52,252 nt of DNA from a virus (lineage: Duplodnaviria; Caudoviricetes). Made by a program: the position numbers and the translations under genes. Below the pieces are notes generated by a model that did no database searches, was not told the DNA's origin, and saw only the letters and a list, made by a program, of their open reading frames with translations. The DNA lies in IMG/VR virus record IMGVR_UViG_3300045918_000152, positions 1-52,252 of that record; one strand, written 5' to 3'. Below, in pieces: positions 27,845 to 36,492 of this stretch (position 1 is the first letter of the stretch; each line of letters starts with the position of its first letter).

Positions 27845-28939
27845 TTAGAACCCCTTGAGAGTTACATACGCAGTCCAGGTAGTAGTCTTGGCGGCAGTTC
27901 CTGTAACTGTAATGTCAGTAAAGCCAGAGGCAGGACTACTAATTGTAATCGTTGCGGCAGTCATGCCAGCAGCCGTTACGTCAGTACCAACTGTACTTGT
28001 TGAAGCAGACGAGAGTGCGCCAGTAGGAAGCAAAACAAATTGTCTACGATAGAGTTGAATTTCTCCAAGAGGACCCTTACCAACAAGGTCGAGCTCAGCA
28101 ATGGCGCCATTGGTAAACATACTAACGGCCATCTTATTTGCATTACCTGTAGCGGCAACCCCTGTCGAAGTAAGCGAAACTGCTGTTGCGCTGGTTGTTG
28201 TAGCATTAAGCAGAACCACTGAAAAAGTCTTATCACCAATGCCAACAGTAAAATTTCTAGCCTGGACAGGGCTACTACCTGTGTTAATTATAACAGAGCC
28301 ATCAACCAGTTGAGCACTATTTCCAATAGCAATACCTGTGTTGACATAGTAAGTGCAGTAAATCCCATCACCAATAATAATGCTTCCATTGGCAGCAAGT
28401 CCTGTAGCAGGACCATAGAAACCTTGCGCTCCACATAGGATAAGGTTGCTAGCTGCTGTGCCACCGCTGCTAAGGTCAATTCTTGTAGTAGGATCACCGA
28501 CACCAAACACTATATTGCCACCTGCATCAATTTGGCCACCTGGAAGATAGGTACCAGTACCTGCAGTTCCTGACAATTGGATAAGTCTAAGATAATCGGT
28601 AGAAACGGCAATTTCGCCTGCATATCCTGCAGTACCTGCGAGTGTGGTGGCAGTTGCAGCGCGAGGTACAATAGCACCGAGCACTACTGTATTACTCTGC
28701 GCATCTACAGTAGTTGTGATTATACGCTCAAGAGCAGTACCATTACTCCGATATCTAGAGTAGGGTGACACATTAAGTGCATATGTTGCGTTCGTATCAG
28801 CAAGCTGAGGGGCTGTAGGAGATGCAATCTGAGCGGCACTAAGAGGAGTAATCCCTGTAGCTACCTGCGCAAAATTAGCATTAACTTTCCGAAGTTCTTC
28901 TTTCTTACTGTCTTTACTGAGAATTGTTTCCATAGCCAT
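27845..28939 (-). CDS. Fibre-like virion protein
   Basis: 364 aa, A/T/G-rich; N-terminal KKEELRKVNANF anchor; AGGAGG RBS. Confidence 0.6.
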   Translation of the reverse strand: MAMETILSKDSKKEELRKVNANFAQVATGITPLSAAQIASPTAPQLADTNATYALNVSPYSRYRSNGTALERIITTTVDAQSNTVVLGAIVPRAATATTLAGTAGYAGEIAVSTDYLRLIQLSGTAGTGTYLPGGQIDAGGNIVFGVGDPTTRIDLSSGGTAASNLILCGAQGFYGPATGLAANGSIIIGDGIYCTYYVNTGIAIGNSAQLVDGSVIINTGSSPVQARNFTVGIGDKTFSVVLLNATTTSATAVSLTSTGVAATGNANKMAVSMFTNGAIAELDLVGKGPLGEIQLYRRQFVLLPTGALSSASTSTVGTDVTAAGMTAATITISSPASGFTDITVTGTAAKTTTWTAYVTLKGF

Positions 28940-28977
28940 AGTAGGCCTCCTGTTTAAAAGTTAGGCCATCCACTGGC

Positions 28978-29319
28978 TTATTTCATTCCATTGTGCTCAA
29001 GACTGTAATGATTGCCGTCATGGAATCTTCCACCCCAGCAGCCACCCTGCGATTCCCACCATTCCCCAAGAGGACGATGCGATTCTGTATCGGCAAGATA
29101 TTTCCCATCCTTGAACAGGTTTAAATCAAAAGCGAGCTTGTTCTTATGATTGCTATTGCTCTCACCATAGCCCATCCGTACACCCAACTCGCCGAATACA
29201 CGAGGGTCCCTATAGGCATCGCCCTCAGTACATTCGAAGCCCATCTCATGAGCCTTGTCGATGAGTCTGGGGAGCATCCTCATGAATCTACGCTGCTTAT
29301 CACCTAATGTTTCAGTCAT
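28978..29319 (-). CDS. Endolysin, peptidase M15 family
   Basis: YRD...SNHKNKLAFD (SxHxxxxAxD) and WGGRF.DGNHYS. Start 29319 chosen from the ATGA overlap; ORF track gives 29337. Confidence 0.85.
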   Translation of the reverse strand: MTETLGDKQRRFMRMLPRLIDKAHEMGFECTEGDAYRDPRVFGELGVRMGYGESNSNHKNKLAFDLNLFKDGKYLADTESHRPLGEWWESQGGCWGGRFHDGNHYSLEHNGMK

Positions 29320-30248
29320 TTCAACATCTCCGGACACACAGTAGTTTTGAATACTTGTCCATATCTACTGGAATATGTAATTGAAGTCATTTCTCGGTCA
29401 GACACATAACCACTTCTTGTAGAGTGTGAATCACTCGCAGCAATAGTTGGGTGCTGAACCATTGTAACACCCGGAAATTCTTTCTCATGCTTATGGTGGA
29501 GGTGTCCTGTATGCACATATCTCTTGGTGGTCCTACCCCACAGCCTTGAAAACTTAGCAGCGAATGTCAGTGGTAGCTCAAGGAATTTCTGGAGGTGTCC
29601 GTGATGCCATCCAAGGAAAGTCTTTCCGTGCTGATACACATAGTATGCCGATTCATTCTCAATGACAGTAACTCTAGGCTCATTCTTATAGAGAACCCTG
29701 ATTAGCGTCCTTAGCCAAACAGAGCCTGCGGGATCATGATTACCCTCGGCAATTAGCACAAGAACTCTTTCATGTTTAGCAAGGGCTAGCTCAATGGACG
29801 CCGTGATGATCTCAACAGCAGCCTCAACAATTTGAGGATATCGCCCATCGCTATCAAGAGGGTGCTTAGATCGTGTCGTAACAGAATCAAGACCATCCTG
29901 ATGCATGAAATCCCCAAGATTAGCAAGAACACAAGTAGATGCTGTAGGGGATTTATCAATAAGATAAGCCACTGCATTTACGAGCATCTCGCGTGCAATC
30001 TTAAGGTCCCACTTATTTCCTGTCTCCTCGAGCCATGCACGCATACCGATGTGTGTATCAGTAAGTGTGATTAGATTAAGGAGTTCCTTGTCAGAAGGAC
30101 CCGAGAAAGTCTTATGTGCTATAGGGAGAACTCTCTCAGAGACGTCCCTATAGATAGCTTCCTTGTCGACTACCCTCGATCGTTTAGTTTTAATCCACTC
30201 TCGATTAATTACACCCTTTACAACAAGGGTAGTTCGGCCTTCTTCCAT
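29316..30248 (-). CDS. Calcineurin-like metallophosphoesterase
   Basis: Motifs DTH, GDFMH, GNHD, HHGH and GHLH in order. Confidence 0.85.
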   Translation of the reverse strand: MEEGRTTLVVKGVINREWIKTKRSRVVDKEAIYRDVSERVLPIAHKTFSGPSDKELLNLITLTDTHIGMRAWLEETGNKWDLKIAREMLVNAVAYLIDKSPTASTCVLANLGDFMHQDGLDSVTTRSKHPLDSDGRYPQIVEAAVEIITASIELALAKHERVLVLIAEGNHDPAGSVWLRTLIRVLYKNEPRVTVIENESAYYVYQHGKTFLGWHHGHLQKFLELPLTFAAKFSRLWGRTTKRYVHTGHLHHKHEKEFPGVTMVQHPTIAASDSHSTRSGYVSDREMTSITYSSRYGQVFKTTVCPEMLK

Positions 30249-31039
30249 CAGGTCACCTCTAGTTTAGGTTGGGCAGTGCGCCTAGACACATCAACTTCAG
30301 TGAACATTCTCACAAGCTGACCGACAATGTCACTGCGAACAATGTCTTCAATACCAAAAGCAACAACAGGAACTTCGATCTGATGCTTTCTGCAGAGATC
30401 GGTGAATCGGATTAGTGCAAGACCATTATCAATATCGCTCTGATTGGGATCGCCCATAAGGATCATCTTGGATCCCTCCCCCATGCGAGTAGTAATGGCC
30501 TTGATCTCTTCCATATTGAGGTTCTGAGATTCGTCCACAAGAACAAGGCTGTTCTCATAGGACATTCCCCGAATAGTTTCGAGGGGCTGAATCTCAATCT
30601 GACCTTTGTTGACAAGATACTCAAACTTCTGTGTAGTGAACGCCTTCTTGAGCACACTAGTCATAGGTGCTAGCCATGGGGCCATCTTCTCTTGGATAGA
30701 CCCTGGGAATGCGCCTAAGGATTTACCCGTAGGAACGTTAGCACGACACAAAACAATCTTCTCATACTTACCCGTATTGAACAGTTGAGCTGCTTTCATA
30801 CAGCCAATATAAGTCTTACCTGTACCAGCAGGACCAATAGCAACTACAATGCTAAACAGTTCGATGGCATCAAGAAGCATGCTCTGATGCTCTGACTTTG
30901 GCTGTATATGGAACTTCTTAGGGGCATCAGAATACTCCTTTTCTGCAATAGCATTAAGTAGTTCCTTCTGGTCATTCTTGAAATTCTGAGCACGTTCACG
31001 ACGAGTCACTGCAGGGCGATGAGAAGCGTTTCGGGTCAT
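30248..31039 (-). CDS. phoH: PhoH-like ATPase
   Basis: GPAGTGKT, LGAFPGS..EKMAPW, IRGMSY, LVDESQN, TRMGEGSK and GDPNQSD. Confidence 0.93.
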   Translation of the reverse strand: MTRNASHRPAVTRRERAQNFKNDQKELLNAIAEKEYSDAPKKFHIQPKSEHQSMLLDAIELFSIVVAIGPAGTGKTYIGCMKAAQLFNTGKYEKIVLCRANVPTGKSLGAFPGSIQEKMAPWLAPMTSVLKKAFTTQKFEYLVNKGQIEIQPLETIRGMSYENSLVLVDESQNLNMEEIKAITTRMGEGSKMILMGDPNQSDIDNGLALIRFTDLCRKHQIEVPVVAFGIEDIVRSDIVGQLVRMFTEVDVSRRTAQPKLEVT

Positions 31040-31062
31040 TGTGGTCCTTAGGTTGGTATTCG

Positions 31063-32514
31063 TTAACGCTTACGAACTTCTGCGCATCCAATATCAATTA
31101 CAGCACCACTCTGGGCTATAACGATAATTCGAGCATTGAAGAAACCAGTCGTAGCAGGAACTACGAAAGGTAAAGTGCAAAGTGTTACAGGTACATTTTG
31201 TGCAGCAGACGAGGGCAATGTATAGGTAGCATCTGCGTAGTGTCCCTTGGCAGTGGAAATCAATACGCTAGCAATGGTATAGAAAGCGAGTTCTAACCGT
31301 ATAGTACCAACTAAATTGTTAAAGTTTTGAGCTGCAATCTCAACAACAAATTCTACTGTATCACCGACATCAATAGATTCAACGCAGAGCAGAGTCTGGG
31401 TGCCATCTATGACGACAGCGCCCACAGTAGTAGACCACCCATTGGTGGGGTCGGCTCCATTCGCAGAAGTTCCAGTAGTAGTGACAATATAATGACGTCC
31501 ATTAGCTATTGTAGGACGAATACGGATATTCACTGCACGAGCAACGTTAGCAGCCCAATCTTGAACATATCCACGGCCCACCTCAAGACCAACAAAGTCT
31601 GTTGCGGCAGTACCAGCAGAAAATGTAAGACGTGTATACTCACCAGTCTTGAAATCAGTCCTTGCGACCTTGCTAATTGCAGCAGCGGCTGCACCATTGG
31701 GCGTAGCTGTCCACGATGTAGGAGGAGTACCCGTCACAAGACCAGAGACAGTTCCGGTAGAACCTACACCAGTAGGATTAACAACGATTTGGCTATAGTT
31801 GTTGGGCTGGCTCGTATAGCGGGGATACTTCGGGATAATTGGATCAAGGACTGCGAATGCAACTCTTGCCACATCCCATCCACCCTGATAATTAGGGTGC
31901 ACACTGTCGTAAGTCTTTGCAGCAAGAAATTGTCCTGTAGCAGGATCTACTACAGCAGAATGACCATCGAAATAGAAGACACCTCGCTGAGTCCCATTCT
32001 GCTCAAGTAAGAATCTATTGTATGTGGCTAAATGCTTTAGTGCTGTAGCTGTAACAATAAGATTACTAGGCAGACTTGTAGAGCCAATAAGAGCAACACC
32101 ACCTGCAGCAAGAGCATCACGAACTGCTTGCCAGCTAGCAATTGTTGCAGCAGCCGTCTTATTACTAAGCGAGGGAGCAATGTCATTGTGACCACACTCC
32201 ATAAATGCAAAGGCAGGACGCGGGTTTAATGCAAGCACCTGAGGAACTTGCTCAAGAAGAACTTGGTCTAGTGTCTTACCACCTACTGCAAACCTACCCA
32301 CCACATTAAGCCTACCACCAAGCAGGGCGTTTAAGTTGGTAAAATAGCCTTGCTGCTGAGTTTGTGTGGCACTGTATCCGTTGGAAATTCTACTATCACC
32401 AATAAGAGCTACCCTATTTGCGGGTGTAGTAAATAGGCCCATACTAAAATTAGCATTGACCTTTCTGATCTCTTCTTGCTTATTATCTCTGTTGTAAATT
32501 GTCTCAAAAGCCAT
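31063..32514 (-). CDS. SGNH/GDSL hydrolase-domain virion (fibre-like) protein
   Basis: SGNH blocks IGDS, VGG, GHND and DSVHP; N-terminal KQEEIRKVNANF anchor; beta-rich C-terminus. Confidence 0.8.
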   Translation of the reverse strand: MAFETIYNRDNKQEEIRKVNANFSMGLFTTPANRVALIGDSRISNGYSATQTQQQGYFTNLNALLGGRLNVVGRFAVGGKTLDQVLLEQVPQVLALNPRPAFAFMECGHNDIAPSLSNKTAAATIASWQAVRDALAAGGVALIGSTSLPSNLIVTATALKHLATYNRFLLEQNGTQRGVFYFDGHSAVVDPATGQFLAAKTYDSVHPNYQGGWDVARVAFAVLDPIIPKYPRYTSQPNNYSQIVVNPTGVGSTGTVSGLVTGTPPTSWTATPNGAAAAAISKVARTDFKTGEYTRLTFSAGTAATDFVGLEVGRGYVQDWAANVARAVNIRIRPTIANGRHYIVTTTGTSANGADPTNGWSTTVGAVVIDGTQTLLCVESIDVGDTVEFVVEIAAQNFNNLVGTIRLELAFYTIASVLISTAKGHYADATYTLPSSAAQNVPVTLCTLPFVVPATTGFFNARIIVIAQSGAVIDIGCAEVRKR

Positions 32515-32529
32515 AGCGTACCCCTTAAA

Positions 32530-32910
32530 TTAGTTATAACTGCCAATGCTAGGCTTATTTGTTTGTTTGAGACTGATCAGTAGCTTCTCAAGCATATTCA
32601 CAATCTCATGCTCGTTAGCTTCACTCTGATCCATCTTGAATTTACGGAGAACTACATGCAGAAGCTCGTGAAGGGCTGTGCGCTCCAACACATCAGGAGT
32701 AATTACCATAGCACCAAAATTAACACCAACTCTGTATGTAGCAAGCATAGCACCATCATCAAATATGACATCTGCCATACCACTCTTAAGTCTTGCCGCG
32801 CTACGCTCAATACGCCAATTATCTAGGTTAAGTAGATCTTGCCACTCCTCAACATACTGGTCAAATACCTTACAATCTTCCTCAGTAACTTTAGCAGTAG
32901 CAACCTTCAT
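32530..32910 (-). CDS. HExxH metallopeptidase-like protein
   Basis: LHELLH plus downstream EHE. Confidence 0.55.
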   Translation of the reverse strand: MKVATAKVTEEDCKVFDQYVEEWQDLLNLDNWRIERSAARLKSGMADVIFDDGAMLATYRVGVNFGAMVITPDVLERTALHELLHVVLRKFKMDQSEANEHEIVNMLEKLLISLKQTNKPSIGSYN

Positions 32911-32918
32911 AAGATCTC

Positions 32919-34238
32919 CTAGAATCCAAAACCCTTGTGAACACTCTTTTGACTGCTCCTGACAGGGAATCTATAGTCGGTTATGTATCGAACACCATCG
33001 CTGAAATGTTCGACACCTGTACGTTTATCAATGACAGCCACATTGGGATTAGTCTCAAGCCATACTGTACGCTCAACACTGGAAATAGTCCTAGGGGCGC
33101 GCTTGGGACAGAAGAACATTTCTACTGCGCCATGAGCATTCTTAAGCTTACGATTCACAGCATTAACGCTGTCCACAATAGGAGGATGGGCATCATGTGC
33201 TAAAGTGATAATCTTGTGTGCTTGGAGTATGCTGAAGTCAGTAATACCCACGAGCGACGAGGTTTTCCTTGCACGTCCAGCAGGATCAGGGTACGCGAAT
33301 ATTCGTCTTCCAGGGAAATCTGCGACGAGTCGTTTTGCGAGGGAGTCAGTGTCAGGGTGTCCTGAAAACTCTCCAATGGCATGCATTTGACTTCCTCTAA
33401 TGGCCCAGACGGTACACGCCATAACGCCAACGTTAAAGTCGATTGAGCAATGCACATCCTCACCTTCCTGGAGAGGTAGTAGATTGGGATCAAGATGTAA
33501 TTCGCGATCGAAGCAATAGAATACATTAGCACCGGACTCCTGAAATGAGGCTTCATATTCTCTCGCGAAACGCAGAGGATCAATGTTGCCCTTGATTTTG
33601 TTAATCTCATCTTCACTAAGATAAGGGGAATCCCTATAAGTGTAATGAAAGCTTTTCCAGCGATCAGGCTCGACGTCCTGTCGCAGATACATCTCATGGA
33701 AGTAATCCTTACCACGTGGTGTACTAATGGCGAGGAATCTATGATTACCAGGCCATCGAGTTATCATCGTGGGCTGTATAATACTTTCGAAAGAATCTTG
33801 AAGACCAGGTCGACCTTCCCATGTAGTGACCTCATCGCCTACAACCAGGAATTGGCCGCTACCGCGCATTCTTTCGGAAGCTTCATAAGACCAGAGATTA
33901 AGGGATACATTACCTGGAAACAGGAAGAATCCATCGCGCTCTGAGTGCTTAATTGCGTAAGCCTTGAGATTGAACATTGTTGTAAGTAGGGGCCAATAGA
34001 TATCAGTCACTTGACCGTATGTAGGGGCAACAATACTTACGTTCTTATTTGGAATCCTTGGGGAGAGCCGCATTAAGTAGTCTACGGCCTTTACCGCTAC
34101 AGCACTACCAAGGACTGACTTACCATATCCCCGCGATGCTACTACGCATGCATACCTAGCCACTTCAGGCTGGTCTTTAGGAAACAGGTAACGCATCACC
34201 TGGGACTGGCCCCTGTGAAGAGTTACCATGTTTGCCAT
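32919..34238 (-). CDS. terL: Terminase large subunit
   Basis: Walker A ASRGYGKS, Walker B VVGDE, ISTPRG, REYEASF; nuclease motifs IDFNV and HFSDGVRY. Confidence 0.93.
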   Translation of the reverse strand: MANMVTLHRGQSQVMRYLFPKDQPEVARYACVVASRGYGKSVLGSAVAVKAVDYLMRLSPRIPNKNVSIVAPTYGQVTDIYWPLLTTMFNLKAYAIKHSERDGFFLFPGNVSLNLWSYEASERMRGSGQFLVVGDEVTTWEGRPGLQDSFESIIQPTMITRWPGNHRFLAISTPRGKDYFHEMYLRQDVEPDRWKSFHYTYRDSPYLSEDEINKIKGNIDPLRFAREYEASFQESGANVFYCFDRELHLDPNLLPLQEGEDVHCSIDFNVGVMACTVWAIRGSQMHAIGEFSGHPDTDSLAKRLVADFPGRRIFAYPDPAGRARKTSSLVGITDFSILQAHKIITLAHDAHPPIVDSVNAVNRKLKNAHGAVEMFFCPKRAPRTISSVERTVWLETNPNVAVIDKRTGVEHFSDGVRYITDYRFPVRSSQKSVHKGFGF

Positions 34239-34732
34239 TACTTACTCCGCTGCGTTAGGTTACTAATGAAAAGCTTACGGGACTTATCCCTAATTAGTTG
34301 ATTACCTGACATTGTGCCATAGCAGGTAGAGGATCCACAATAACATTTGTGTGTAGTGAACTCAGTACCTGAGGTTACCTGCAGGGAGTAGTCGTATGTG
34401 ATCTCATCACCCTTGCTAATATTCCTAAGGGCGCAGATAAGAATGCCTGTGGTACTCGTGGCATCCCTCACAAGAATGCACGTGGCGTTAGGGCTACAGC
34501 TATGGTTGATCCTATAGCTACCATTATTAGAAGGTGAAGCGCCATCTACCATGAAGCCATTCTGGAGATCAAACATAGAGACACCCGCCGAGGGGTCTAG
34601 CTGTGTTCTTGTCCAGGCATCTTCGTATGATAGCTCATCGCCATTGTATTGACAGATTGGTGTGCCTGCGGGAATATTTCTTGTGGCAAACACCCCAAGG
34701 CCGTGTATTAAAGAGTTCTTTATTTCAAACAT
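34238..34732 (-). CDS. SET-domain lysine methyltransferase-like protein with post-SET motif
   Basis: HGLGVFA, INHSCSPN, GDEITYDY and post-SET CYCGSSTC; TAATG overlap with terL. Confidence 0.9.
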   Translation of the reverse strand: MFEIKNSLIHGLGVFATRNIPAGTPICQYNGDELSYEDAWTRTQLDPSAGVSMFDLQNGFMVDGASPSNNGSYRINHSCSPNATCILVRDATSTTGILICALRNISKGDEITYDYSLQVTSGTEFTTHKCYCGSSTCYGTMSGNQLIRDKSRKLFISNLTQRSK

Positions 34733-34744
34733 TTATGCCTTCTG

Positions 34745-34798
34745 ATTTGATAAAATAAAGGTGCATGACCCACCACATCCAATAAGGGCATGATGGGC
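34745..34798 (-). ncRNA. Putative structured RNA element, copy 1 (hairpin plus conserved tail)
   Basis: GCCCATCATGCCC-TTATT-GGATGTGGTGGGT hairpin followed by CATGCACCTTTATTTTATCAAAT; the 24-nt tail is 23/24 identical to copy 2. Confidence 0.45.
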
Positions 34799-34818
34799 GT
34801 CGCGAATGCGACAAGACA

Positions 34819-34894
34819 TGGTGCTACTTCACGGTTTCGAACTGTGGACCTTCCGCTTACAAGGCGGGTGCTCTACCTACTGAGCTAAAGTAGC
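34819..34894 (-). tRNA. tRNA-Thr(TGT)
   Basis: 76-nt cloverleaf GCTACTT...AAGTAGC-A-CCA; anticodon loop CT-TGT-AA; TTCGAA T-loop. Confidence 0.93.
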
Positions 34895-34898
34895 AAAT

Positions 34899-34973
34899 TG
34901 GAGCCCTGTACGAGATTCGAACTCGTATCCGCGGAGTGAAGTTCCGCTGATCTGACCATTGATCTAACAGGAC
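34899..34973 (-). tRNA. tRNA-Glu(TTC) with atypical anticodon loop
   Basis: 75-nt cloverleaf GTCCTGT...ACAGGGC-T-CCA; anticodon stem GCGGA/TCCGC; loop AC-TTC-AC; 4-nt variable loop. Confidence 0.8.
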
Positions 34974-35011
34974 AATACTTTATTAGATTACACCACAAAA
35001 TGTGTAGTGGA

Positions 35012-35065
35012 ATTTGATAAAATAAAGGTGTATGAGCCCCACTACACCCGAAGGTATAGCGGAGC
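35012..35065 (-). ncRNA. Putative structured RNA element, copy 2 (UUCG hairpin plus conserved tail)
   Basis: GCTCCGCTATACC-TTCG-GGTGTAGTGGGGC 13-bp hairpin followed by TCATACACCTTTATTTTATCAAAT. Confidence 0.5.
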
Positions 35066-35070
35066 GAGCA

Positions 35071-35283
35071 TTATTGACGAGTAAAAGGACGTGACTTTCC
35101 TGCGGCCTTGTAGAGACCTTCCTCAAATTCATCCATCAGTTCCCTGAGAGTTTCATAACTTAGTTCAGTGATGGGAATCCCAGGATTTTGGCGAGGACCA
35201 TCTCCCTTATTTCCAGGAGGTTGCCTCACAAAGACAAGCTCAGGGATATTCCAAGGAATCAATTTTACTTTGTGTTCAGCCAT
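35071..35283 (-). CDS. Hypothetical protein
   Basis: ORF in the coupled minus-strand run; start MAEHKV preferred (ORF track 35334). Confidence 0.55.
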   Translation of the reverse strand: MAEHKVKLIPWNIPELVFVRQPPGNKGDGPRQNPGIPITELSYETLRELMDEFEEGLYKAAGKSRPFTRQ

Positions 35284-35506
35284 ATTTGTTCTTGACGTAG
35301 TTGTGCATACCAAGATAATCTTCGTAGCTAACAAGCTCGAATAGAATTCCCTGGTGAGTTTTGGTCATCGGCTCATTACGAATGTCCACCGTATAAAACT
35401 TAACACGATAGTGGACACCATTAGAATCATTAGCCGACTTGTAATGAGCGTACCCACTATAGTCAGGCTTCCTTGGGTAATCCCAATTAGTATGACAGCA
35501 GGTCAT
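35276..35506 (-). CDS. Hypothetical protein
   Basis: 76 aa; TGATG-coupled to the upstream gene. Confidence 0.55.
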   Translation of the reverse strand: MTCCHTNWDYPRKPDYSGYAHYKSANDSNGVHYRVKFYTVDIRNEPMTKTHQGILFELVSYEDYLGMHNYVKNKYG

Positions 35507-35931
35507 CAGCTTAGCATATTCTGAATTGTTGCATGATTAAGTTCCACATTAAAATTACGAGGACGAAATGTAAAGACACGCTTCTCGCGAGCCTTCATCC
35601 ATTCCATCATGTGGAGGGTACCTCGCGATTGCCCATCCCAGACTGCAAGGAGGATGTCAGCGTATTCGCCCATTTCAACGTTTCGCTTAAATCCAGCGGA
35701 GTAGTCAAACTTTCCGCTTTCGTTATACCATCGAGCTGGAAATCTTCTAACTCCAACGCCCAGAATTCTTGCAGCTTCTTCTCCGAGGGAGTCAACACCC
35801 TTGGCTCCTCCGCTAACGATCTCGGAAATGTATGATGATTCAGCATTAAGTACTCCCTGCACTCGCTCGATAGCGTCAACGACGATATCAAGAGAGGTAA
35901 TTGATCTTGAACCTGCAACAATTAGTTTCAT
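35506..35931 (-). CDS. SLOG-superfamily (YspA/DUF2493-like) protein
   Basis: MKLIVAGSR, IVSGGAKGVD, GFKRNVEM and WDGQSRGT motifs. Confidence 0.85.
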   Translation of the reverse strand: MKLIVAGSRSITSLDIVVDAIERVQGVLNAESSYISEIVSGGAKGVDSLGEEAARILGVGVRRFPARWYNESGKFDYSAGFKRNVEMGEYADILLAVWDGQSRGTLHMMEWMKAREKRVFTFRPRNFNVELNHATIQNMLS

Positions 35932-35932
35932 A

Positions 35933-36091
35933 CTAATAAAGCTTCACAGGATAATGGTTTACAGGGTCTATTGTAGTAGCAGAAAGCCTATTAAAGGCAT
36001 TATCAGCATCTACAATATTCTTGTAACTAAGTACAGTTGTACACATACAGTCTCGGAATAGCGTAACTGTAGTCACGAGGATCTTATACAT
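35933..36091 (-). CDS. Small hypothetical protein (52 aa), below the ORF-track cutoff
   Basis: AGGAG RBS, then MYKILVTTVTLFRD...HYPVKLY*; stop lies 1 nt before the next ATG. Confidence 0.55.
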   Translation of the reverse strand: MYKILVTTVTLFRDCMCTTVLSYKNIVDADNAFNRLSATTIDPVNHYPVKLY

Positions 36092-36156
36092 GCGCGCGTA
36101 ATCTCCTAGCTAGAGAGCTTGTGTAGGGTTTGACTCAAATTAATAAATAACTTCGT

Positions 36157-36486
36157 TCATTGATTTTGATTGTGGAGCACACTCGGTTTCTTCGTAAGCA
36201 GCACCTTCGCGGCAGCTATTTCAGCATCCGCAATGCCACCCCAATTATAGCCCTCGCACTTAACCCCAAGCGTGTGTACTGTGGAGGTCTCTTGCAAGTA
36301 CAATTCCCAATTATCTTCAGCACCCACAAGAAGTCGTCCCAATATTTTTCCATTGGCACTAATATAGAACCTGTAATCAATCTCGAGCAATTCTTTCTGA
36401 GTAGCTAGATCAATAACAGAACGGCTGTCATCCTCATTGTTATGCCGAAGCCTATAGTAACCACTCTCAAAATGAAAGTTTTTCAT
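36157..36486 (-). CDS. Hypothetical protein
   Basis: 109-aa ORF tiling the minus strand. Confidence 0.6.
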   Translation of the reverse strand: MKNFHFESGYYRLRHNNEDDSRSVIDLATQKELLEIDYRFYISANGKILGRLLVGAEDNWELYLQETSTVHTLGVKCEGYNWGGIADAEIAAAKVLLTKKPSVLHNQNQ

Positions 36487-36492
36487 GCAAGA

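Noticed and set aside
32511-32527. AAGGGGTACGCTATGG upstream of the SGNH gene, resembling the promoter motif
   Set aside because: It is explained by a Shine-Dalgarno sequence plus start codon, and has several mismatches to the 16-mer.
34745-34818. HDV-like (theta) ribozyme directly 3' of tRNA-Thr
   Set aside because: The position fits, but I could not build the nested double pseudoknot; only simple hairpins are evident. A covariance-model search would settle it.
34899-34973. Reading the second tRNA as a UCA (opal suppressor/Sec) tRNA, implying genetic-code reassignment
   Set aside because: The 5-bp anticodon stem centres TTC, not TCA; there is no long variable arm; TGA and TAG serve as normal stops and long genes are intact under the standard code.
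34745-35035. CRISPR mini-array or attachment-site interpretation of the 24-bp direct repeat
   Set aside because: There are only two copies, 267 bp apart, with tRNAs between them; no cas or integrase gene is in the window; the repeat is not a tRNA 3' end.
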